Origin: Nitrosopumilales archaeon
GTDB taxonomy: Archaea > Thermoproteota > Nitrososphaeria > Nitrososphaerales > Nitrososphaeraceae
Assembly: GCA_044507735.1 (NCBI GenBank)
Contig: JBIQJB010000017.1
Span: 1-43,730, forward strand
Reading direction: 5' to 3'
DNA length: 43,730 bases
The first letter of the stretch is position 1. Every line of letters begins with the position of its first letter. Positions 36,977 through 43,730 of this stretch are shown here, piece by piece. Under the pieces are notes generated by a model, which worked only from the letters and a program-made list of their open reading frames with translations, did not search any database and had not been told where the DNA came from. Position numbers and translations under genes: made by a program.

Positions 36977-38206
36977 ATGACAACAAAAAGAACTTACAAG
37001 TTTCGTCTTTATCCGACAAAGCAACAAGAGATTCTACTTGATAACACAATCGAGACATGCAGACGCTTGTACAATGATTCACTTGGCGAAAGGAGTGTCG
37101 ATTGGGATGTGGGATTCTATGAACAGAAGCAACTGCTAACACTGAGAAAGCAGGACAACAAATATCTGAAGCAGGTATACAGTCAGGTGCTGCAAGACGT
37201 GGTCCTAAGGCTCGACAAGGCGTATCAGGCATTCTTCAAGAAACTTACCAAGTATCCCAAATTCAAAAGGAAGGGCAAGTACAATTCATTCACGTATCCG
37301 CAATACAACAATGGTTGGAAAATCAGGGACGACGAGCTTGTGTTATGGTGCATAGGTCCCATTAAAATCAAGATGCACAGGATGATGCCCATTGTTGGTA
37401 CACTGAAAACATGTACAATCGTTCGCGATGTTGATCAGTGGTATGCTTGTATAACTACTATAACTGATGATGATGTTGATGTTGATGGCGTAGTCGCTAG
37501 TTCAGCCAACAAATGTCATGATGAAATGACAAAACCTGTCGGAATAGATGTTGGCTTGTTGAACTGGCTTACACTGAGTGACGGCAAGGTGATACAAAAT
37601 CCGCTAAATTTTGATACACAAGCAAAGAAGGTCAAGCGACTGCAGAGGAACCTTGCAAGAAAGCAGAAAGGCTCAAAGAATAGAGAGAAGGCAAGGATTC
37701 AACTGGCAAAAGCATGGAGACAGGTGAGAAGATGTAGGGATGATTTTGTACATAAGGCGTCAAAGACGATTGCAGACGTAGGATATACTCTGGTAGCATT
37801 TGAGAAATTGAATATCAAAAACATGGTCAGGAATCACCGTCTGGCACAAGCAATAATGGATGCCACCTGGGGAAAGCTGCGCCAATACACTGCCTACAAG
37901 GTAGAAGGACGCAGTGACAGCTGCGGAGGACGAGTAATAACCGTTGACCCAAGTGGTACATCGCAGAAATGCTCCGGGTGTGGGGTGGAAGCAATAGAAA
38001 AGCTTGACCTGTCAATGCGTATCTTTGTATGTTACAGCTGTGGCCTGGTCATTGACCGTGACCTGAATGCGGCCAAAAATATTGAAAAACTGGGTCTGGA
38101 ACAGGCCCGTGCTGAGAAGCAGCCTCTACTTGTCCGACGACAGCTACAACGGATAAGCAAGTTTGCCTCGAGGAAGCAAGAAGCTCTCGAATTTATTCGT
38201 GGGTAG
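36977..38206 (+). CDS. tnpB: RNA-guided endonuclease TnpB
   Basis: YKFRLYPT; RuvC GIDVG / AFEKL / DRDLNAAKNI; Zn finger CSGC/CYSC. Confidence 0.96.
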   Translation: MTTKRTYKFRLYPTKQQEILLDNTIETCRRLYNDSLGERSVDWDVGFYEQKQLLTLRKQDNKYLKQVYSQVLQDVVLRLDKAYQAFFKKLTKYPKFKRKGKYNSFTYPQYNNGWKIRDDELVLWCIGPIKIKMHRMMPIVGTLKTCTIVRDVDQWYACITTITDDDVDVDGVVASSANKCHDEMTKPVGIDVGLLNWLTLSDGKVIQNPLNFDTQAKKVKRLQRNLARKQKGSKNREKARIQLAKAWRQVRRCRDDFVHKASKTIADVGYTLVAFEKLNIKNMVRNHRLAQAIMDATWGKLRQYTAYKVEGRSDSCGGRVITVDPSGTSQKCSGCGVEAIEKLDLSMRIFVCYSCGLVIDRDLNAAKNIEKLGLEQARAEKQPLLVRRQLQRISKFASRKQEALEFIRG

Positions 38207-38230
38207 TTCACTCCGGGAAGATTAGGTTCA
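38060..38230 (+). ncRNA. Predicted TnpB omega/reRNA with flanking guide (boundaries approximate)
   Basis: By TnpB family biology the RNA overlaps the ORF 3' end and right end. Hairpins GGGTCTG/CAGGCCC and CGAAT/ATTCG are visible. Confidence 0.55.
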
Positions 38231-38774
38231 AAAGCACGTCGACTGCCTTGTTCTTTGCCTGTTGCTTGTAGTATTCCATGCCCTTCTTGGGAGCGTCGAG
38301 CGCCTTTTCCCTCTCTACTTCGTCAACTGGTCGGTGATCCAGGGCACCGTAAAACTGTATCCTGTAGCCCTTGAGCTTTGAGACAACTGTGGAATTGAAA
38401 ATGTCGTGCAGCCAAACAGAGCCTATGAAATAGATGAACGGGGGATTGGGCTTGCTCTTTATCATATCTGCAACTCTGCTTATGGTCTGGGCCATGTTCT
38501 TCAATTCGGTGTCAATAGCAATAATGTCAGGCTTGACCCCGCCCTCGATGAGCGCTTGCTTTACCTTTTCTGCCGGCCCCTGCTCTCCAACTATCATGAC
38601 CATTGTCTTGTGCTTGTCGGGCCTTGACTTCATGACTGTATCATAAGTTTCTAGACCAAGCTTTACGCGCTCTTTGATGTAATCAGGAAGGCCATCGCTG
38701 CCGTCGCTGGCTTTGCCCCTGTGCACGGCGTAGAGCACGATCAGATTGCCGTCGGTGAAGCGGTACTCACTCAT
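38208..38774 (-). CDS. Hypothetical protein (possibly DUF218/YdcF-like)
   Basis: 188-aa alpha/beta ORF; KERVKLGLE and ALIEGGVKPD loosely resemble YdcF. Confidence 0.7.
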   Translation of the reverse strand: MSEYRFTDGNLIVLYAVHRGKASDGSDGLPDYIKERVKLGLETYDTVMKSRPDKHKTMVMIVGEQGPAEKVKQALIEGGVKPDIIAIDTELKNMAQTISRVADMIKSKPNPPFIYFIGSVWLHDIFNSTVVSKLKGYRIQFYGALDHRPVDEVEREKALDAPKKGMEYYKQQAKNKAVDVLLNLIFPE

Positions 38775-38777
38775 CTT

Positions 38778-39107
38778 CTAGTACCACGTTGTTGCTACTT
38801 TTTTTGGCGCCGAGATCTGTCTTTCAAGCTCGTCAAGGCGTTGAAGTGATTCGGGGTTCTTTTGCAGCTCCTTGAACTGCTTCTCGTGTCTTATTCTGTG
38901 GAGGACGTTGAGGACTTCGTCCATCGTGACCCCGTGCTTGATGTCATATTCAATCTGCTTTGTGCAGCTTGAAACCGTGCTGTATTTTTTATAATTTCGT
39001 TTTTCAAAAGAAGAAGCATCAGGGGAGATGCCTTTGACATAACGGACAATAACCTTTTCAACGTGCTCGAGATGCCAGTCCCTCATTGCAAAATTATTGG
39101 CCTTCAT
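38778..39107 (-). CDS. Hypothetical protein
   Basis: 109-aa ORF co-oriented with its neighbours. Confidence 0.75.
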   Translation of the reverse strand: MKANNFAMRDWHLEHVEKVIVRYVKGISPDASSFEKRNYKKYSTVSSCTKQIEYDIKHGVTMDEVLNVLHRIRHEKQFKELQKNPESLQRLDELERQISAPKKVATTWY

Positions 39108-39154
39108 GATCCTAGTGGCTTACCATCATAGGCTATTTAATCTCTTGTCCTGAT

Positions 39155-40552
39155 CTAGAGGTAGTCGGAAAGCTTGACCTTTTCTTCGCCCGGAATCTTG
39201 GCGATCTCGAATCCTTCCTTTGGCTTCAGAAGAGAAGCAGTCGCATCGATTCCAAGCTTTGTCGTCAGCAGGTTGGTCTGGTCGCTTGATGGGTCAAGGC
39301 TCGATCCCTTCGCGTTTGGGATGATGATAAAGTCCTTGTCGGCCTGGGTCCTTGTGGCGACGGCATATTCGACGGCCACTGGATCGGTCGGGTCAATGTC
39401 TGCATCCACTACGGTCGCCATCTTGAGCGATGGATGGGCAGAGAATGCCGCCATGATTGCGTTTTTGGGCTCGCCTTCTAACCGTTTTCTTATCTGAATC
39501 ACTGCAGAGAGCCAGTTGCTGCCGCCATCTGTGAGGTGCACGGCTTGAGTTGCGGGCACTGTGTTCTTGATGTAATCAAACATCTTTGCCTCCACCGGCA
39601 GACCCATCAAGAGCCGGTGTTCGGCGTACCCTGGCAGTATGTCGTGGTAGATTGCATCGTCGCGGAATCTTATTTTTTCTATTTCAAATACTGGTTGCTT
39701 TCGCTTGAAATCATAGGTGCGGAGCATCTCAACCATCCACTCCTCGTGCGTCCTGTCCTTGAGTATCCTGCCTTCAATGACGATCTCGGCGTGTGTTGGC
39801 ACATACATCTGCGAGTAGCTGGTCTTTGTTAGCGAGAGCTTGCCTTCTAGTATCGAATTTGCAATCAACATTTCGTCTACGCCGTACGCCGCTTGGTACG
39901 CGGCTGCGATATTTACTGCCGGGTGAACTCCTACTGCGATGGCAACCTTCAGGTCCTCGCCGTGATCCCGGGCATAGGTGAAGCACTTGTGCAAGTGTCT
40001 GCCCTCGACCATCCTAATTGCCAAATGCTTCTCGTCAAGGCGCAGCAGGCGGTGTGTGGACTGGTTCTGAGTGCCCTTCTCCTGATCCTTTGCAAAAACT
40101 ATGGATGCTGTGATGAATGGTCCTGCGTCCTTTTCAAAATGCGTGACTATTGGCAGATCGTTCAGGTTGGCCGAAGAATTTTTTTCAAATGGCGCACCTG
40201 ATTGCGCCCTCGCCGGTTCGGATAGGCTACCTAGCGCCTCTGTAATTCTTGCGTGGATCGCACGCTTGACGTCCTGTGATTGTTCAGCCTTGCGCGCTCC
40301 AGCGACTGCGTGGTAGAACTTCCTTGGCGTGCCTACAACATTGCAGGCGACCTTGATCCTGCTTCCTTGGACCTTTTCAAAGATGACTGCCTGCTTTCCA
40401 TCAAGCTTGGCAGTCACGGCGGCAAGCTCGAATCTAGGGTTCACATCTTGCTTGACCCGCACCAGCTCGCCCTCTGCCTCAAGGAGAGATAGAAAACTGC
40501 GGAAATCTGCGCTGCTGCTACTGCTCTCTTTCTTCATGCTTCTTGCTGTCAA
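39155..40552 (-). CDS. UbiD-family prFMN decarboxylase (probably the archaeal mevalonate-pathway anhydromevalonate phosphate decarboxylase)
   Basis: DAGPFIT, HRL, AEIVIEG, VVDADID, GSSLDPS, KLGIDAT. Substrate is inferred only. Confidence 0.9.
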   Translation of the reverse strand: MTARSMKKESSSSSADFRSFLSLLEAEGELVRVKQDVNPRFELAAVTAKLDGKQAVIFEKVQGSRIKVACNVVGTPRKFYHAVAGARKAEQSQDVKRAIHARITEALGSLSEPARAQSGAPFEKNSSANLNDLPIVTHFEKDAGPFITASIVFAKDQEKGTQNQSTHRLLRLDEKHLAIRMVEGRHLHKCFTYARDHGEDLKVAIAVGVHPAVNIAAAYQAAYGVDEMLIANSILEGKLSLTKTSYSQMYVPTHAEIVIEGRILKDRTHEEWMVEMLRTYDFKRKQPVFEIEKIRFRDDAIYHDILPGYAEHRLLMGLPVEAKMFDYIKNTVPATQAVHLTDGGSNWLSAVIQIRKRLEGEPKNAIMAAFSAHPSLKMATVVDADIDPTDPVAVEYAVATRTQADKDFIIIPNAKGSSLDPSSDQTNLLTTKLGIDATASLLKPKEGFEIAKIPGEEKVKLSDYL

Positions 40553-40886
40553 TGATGGTCATAACCTCTCCCATAATTGCTTTCATGTCATCCAACTGCA
40601 GCTGTGCCTTGCTGTGGAGCGAGACCAAGCAAATGCCGTTTATCATTGACGAGACTTTCTCTGCGACGCTGTTGATAAAGATGGAGTCGTACTTGCTCGG
40701 GATTACCTTGGCGACGTTGACCTTGTTTGAGGTACTTATTGCGACAGAAATCGCGCCTATGCGCCGCTCGCCCTCTGAAATCAAAATAAAACATCCATTT
40801 TGGAAAAAGTTGGCTTGGAGAAGAAAATTCCGCCCATGGCTTGAGCTAATAATCTTCTCCTCCATTACGGCAGACTCATTATCCAT
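40518..40886 (-). CDS. Hypothetical protein (possibly proteasome assembly chaperone-like fold)
   Basis: 122-aa beta/alpha ORF overlapping the UbiD start; family assignment weak. Confidence 0.65.
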   Translation of the reverse strand: MDNESAVMEEKIISSSHGRNFLLQANFFQNGCFILISEGERRIGAISVAISTSNKVNVAKVIPSKYDSIFINSVAEKVSSMINGICLVSLHSKAQLQLDDMKAIMGEVMTIIDSKKHEEREQ

Positions 40887-40890
40887 TGGC

Positions 40891-41139
40891 TTATCTTGCG
40901 CGGACAGTGATGGGCTTGGCGACCTTTAGTTCCTGCTTCTTTGTCCTTGCCCTCAGCTTTGCCTTGTACTTCAAATTCCTAGGCTTTGTCCTCAGCCTGT
41001 AGCCACAACACGGGCACCAGAGACCATCCCACTTGATGAATATCTCGCAGATCTGACACCTCTTCTGTCCGCTGGCGTACCTGCCTGAGCCAACCGGCTT
41101 CTGAGCCTTGTGACGGATGCATATACCTTTACAAGTCAT
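40891..41139 (-). CDS. Basic Cys-rich zinc-binding small protein typical of Thaumarchaeota
   Basis: CKGIC, RCQIC, CPCCG, LRTKPR. Confidence 0.85.
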   Translation of the reverse strand: MTCKGICIRHKAQKPVGSGRYASGQKRCQICEIFIKWDGLWCPCCGYRLRTKPRNLKYKAKLRARTKKQELKVAKPITVRAR

Positions 41140-41462
41140 TCTTATTTCTCACCGGTAATAACCGACTAGCGTGTGTGTGTGATCGCGCGCATACGTTAGT
41201 TAGTTCTTTACCGTCGTTTAGTACACACAATATCTATTTAAGATTTATACAAATATTTTATTCGCAAAAGGTCAGAAATGTCAAAATTTGTACATTCTCT
41301 GCCGGATCGAAGTCGTAAGAGTTACAAAGAAATTGCAGATTTATGGTATTTATTGAAGTGATTTTCTCAAAAAACAGGATAGGATCTTCAATATTTTGTT
41401 ATGGAATCTTTCGGCGATTGTAGAAAGTTCTGAATAAATCCGGAAAGCTCAATCTATTGCAG

Positions 41463-42467
41463 CTATAGCCAGTGCTGGATCTTGAGGAAATCATCTATGG
41501 GTTCCTTGCGGAGTAACTTCAGTAAAGCTTGAGCCTGAGGCACTGACAGCATCGGTTTCTTGAAGTGATTGTCCGTTGCGATCCTGGGGCAGGCGACCTG
41601 TACAAATGCATCAATGCCCTTGAAGACTTGGATCCTGTCGTCCGTTATCTCGGTGAGCGCGATCATCTGCACCTTCTTGCCCGCCTTTTCAAATTCCTTC
41701 TTTAGCTCAAGCGCTCTGATATGAGCAAACTGGCCTTCCTTCAGGCCGATAACAATTCCAATCTTTTCTGCATCGAGCGCCTTGTATATCGACAAGATGG
41801 CTCGCTTTTGTAGCCCCTGCGCGAACTCGTTTACCTGCTGGTATTCTTCAAAATATGGGTCTAGCATGAACGTCGGCTTTTCGGTAGACATTGCAACGCT
41901 TGCAGAGTGGAACATGCTCTGCCCAAGGAAAATGTACGCGTCGACCTGCTTTTGGATGTTGTATGCAGGATAGAATTCGCAGCCAAAGACTTGAGCGTCG
42001 CGAAGCTGGCCCTTGCCCCTTCCAATGATTACATTGTAGCCGTGCTCTTCAAAGATCTTTTTTGTGCTTTCAATTTGATGGAGGTGTTGGCTATCTGTTA
42101 GAAGCGATATTGTCTTGTATTTGCCCTTCAGCTCCGTTGCACATTTTCTTGCGACAGAGTCAAAGCTGATGTCGTCAAATGCGCCAATCATGACCACCTT
42201 GTTACCAAAAGTTTCCATTGCCACGGTGTGGCCTATGTTAAACAGAATGTCTGCGCCGAGCATGTCTGCGGCATGCGTATTGAGGTCACACGATCCCCAG
42301 CACGGGTCACCTACGACATAGGCTTCAATCCCAAATTTCTGCGTGATGTGGTCAGCAGCTTCCTGCATCTTTGGAATCAGTGCTTGCGGACCGTTGAGCG
42401 CTACCGATCGCGGCTTGCGCTGCTCTATCACCTCAAACATTCTCTTTTCGTCTATGATTATTGTCAT
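41463..42467 (-). CDS. dph2: Diphthamide biosynthesis enzyme Dph2
   Basis: Three separated Cys ligands: WGSCD, QVFGC, VACPRI. Confidence 0.95.
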   Translation of the reverse strand: MTIIIDEKRMFEVIEQRKPRSVALNGPQALIPKMQEAADHITQKFGIEAYVVGDPCWGSCDLNTHAADMLGADILFNIGHTVAMETFGNKVVMIGAFDDISFDSVARKCATELKGKYKTISLLTDSQHLHQIESTKKIFEEHGYNVIIGRGKGQLRDAQVFGCEFYPAYNIQKQVDAYIFLGQSMFHSASVAMSTEKPTFMLDPYFEEYQQVNEFAQGLQKRAILSIYKALDAEKIGIVIGLKEGQFAHIRALELKKEFEKAGKKVQMIALTEITDDRIQVFKGIDAFVQVACPRIATDNHFKKPMLSVPQAQALLKLLRKEPIDDFLKIQHWL

Positions 42468-42468
42468 C

Positions 42469-42762
42469 TTATGGCTTGCTCACCCTTATCGCAAATTTTG
42501 GGCAGACTGCTTCGCATCCAAAGCAATAGATGCAGTCGCGCTCCCTTGACGGCAGTGCCTTTCTGTCCGCGCCCGTGCCCATCCAGTCAAAGACATTCGT
42601 GGGGCATACTTCGATGCATGCGCCGTCACCGACGCACAGGTCAAAGTCTACTGCAACGTCAGTGCCATAGATCCCAAGGTTGCTTGTCTTGCTCTTCCAT
42701 ACTTTCAGGTTCTCAAATGTCGTTGCTATTCTATTTGTCTGAAAGTCGGGATCAATTGGCAA
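42469..42762 (-). CDS. 2x[4Fe-4S] ferredoxin
   Basis: CVGDGACIEVCP and CIYCFGCEAVCP. Confidence 0.93.
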   Translation of the reverse strand: MPIDPDFQTNRIATTFENLKVWKSKTSNLGIYGTDVAVDFDLCVGDGACIEVCPTNVFDWMGTGADRKALPSRERDCIYCFGCEAVCPKFAIRVSKP

Positions 42763-42858
42763 TACGAGAAGAAAGGACTGCCCAAATTCAATTTAAATCA
42801 TGCTGTGATGCATGTCTAATCCGTAAATAGCTTTTCTGCCCTTCATTCTCTTGCAAAC

Positions 42859-43730
42859 ATGATGGCAAATGAGCGAGGCTACCAGAAGGTTGCGTCTAAA
42901 GGCAGCTTGAAGGAAGGGGGTCTATTGCGGGTTGAGCCAAAGGGCAAGCCGATAGTTCTGGCAATGGTAAATGGCAAGGTCTATGCGATGGACGCGGTGT
43001 GCTCCCATGAAGGCGGTCCCTTGGAAGATGGGACCCTGCATGAATACGAGCTGAAATGTCCCTGGCACTTTGCAATTTTTGATGTGCGAAGTGGAAAAGT
43101 GTCGGATCAGACTGTTTGGGCAACTGACTTGCAGTCGTATCCCGTCAGGGTGGATGATGCAACCGGTGACATTCTTGTAAACCTTGAACCGGCAGGGACA
43201 GGGGGTGCTGCTGAAGAAGAGCCAACAGCGCAGCAGCGGAACAGAGCTTCTGAGCCAGAAAAGCAGGATTCAGATAACGCGCAAAAGAAGTACTATGAAG
43301 AGGAAGAAAGAAAAGCGACAAACAAGGTGTCCCTTGAATTACTCTCAAAGGAACAATTGGATGGAACCGATGTCATGACGTTTCGACTTTCAAGAAACGG
43401 GATAGACTTTAGCCCTGGGCAGTACGCCTTTTTCCGTCTGGACGGACTTTCGTCGCCGGATCCAAAGGGGCCTGTCAGGCATTTCTCGATTGCATCGTCG
43501 CCGACTGAGCAGGATTATTTGATGATTAGCACCAGAATCAGGGACAGCCCCTACAAGCAAAAGCTGTCGTCCCTTGAGAGGGGGTCAAAAATAACAGCAT
43601 GGGGACCACAAGGTGAATTTGTGCTGCATGGCGACTATTCAAAACCGGCAGTATTTCTGTCGGGAGGGATCGGGGTCACTCCGTTCAGGAGCATGCTCAG
43701 GTTTGCAACAGACAAGCAACTGCCAATCAA
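42859..43730 (+). CDS. Rieske [2Fe-2S] ferredoxin fused to FNR-type FAD/NAD(P) oxidoreductase, 3'-truncated; absent from the ORF track
   Basis: Manual translation: CSHEGG...CPWH, acidic linker, PGQY, RHFSIAS, GPQGEF, GGIGVTPFRSM. Confidence 0.92.
   Translation, partial: MMANERGYQKVASKGSLKEGGLLRVEPKGKPIVLAMVNGKVYAMDAVCSHEGGPLEDGTLHEYELKCPWHFAIFDVRSGKVSDQTVWATDLQSYPVRVDDATGDILVNLEPAGTGGAAEEEPTAQQRNRASEPEKQDSDNAQKKYYEEEERKATNKVSLELLSKEQLDGTDVMTFRLSRNGIDFSPGQYAFFRLDGLSSPDPKGPVRHFSIASSPTEQDYLMISTRIRDSPYKQKLSSLERGSKITAWGPQGEFVLHGDYSKPAVFLSGGIGVTPFRSMLRFATDKQLPI

Larger units (their letters stand above)
36092..38211 (+). mobile_element. IS200/IS605-family TnpB-only (IS1341-like) element; left end approximate and interrupted by IS6
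   Basis: Left hairpin ATGGGAAACAGAGA...TCTGTGTTTCCC; right end GAAGCTCTCGAATTTATTCGTGGGTAGTTCAC; no tnpA. Confidence 0.75.

Noticed and set aside
41214-41462. AT-rich spacer as an origin or array
   Set aside because: No repeated boxes found; explained by promoter and terminator sequence.

Overview
This window looks like a chromosome segment of an ammonia-oxidising archaeon (Nitrososphaera-like Thaumarchaeota). The evidence is GatDE, GINS-MCM-Hel308, Dph2, a BHB-intron tRNA, a PEFG/PEFP-type sorting signal, cupredoxin and frequent TTG starts. Bases 1-~4720 look accessory: a truncated PD-(D/E)xK-like protein, a decayed IS630, a PEFP-CTERM pseudogene and a secreted protein pair. This block ends at a tRNA-3'-end-like fragment that may be the att site of an integrated element. 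Bases ~5500-7950 hold small regulators, an atypical ComQ-like prenyltransferase and a structured intergenic element, followed by an FTR1 iron permease with a DtxR/IdeR-like box and a radical SAM gene. The middle is mostly housekeeping (rfcS, GINS, mcm, hel308, GlcNAc-1-P transferase, P-II, nurA-herA, gatDE, marC, nadM, rtcA). Next to tRNA-Gly(TCC) lies an intact TnpB (IS1341/IS605-type) element whose left end is interrupted by a decayed IS6. The window ends with a UbiD-family gene, dph2, a ferredoxin and a truncated Rieske-FNR fusion. All calls come from motif recognition by eye; no database searches were run.
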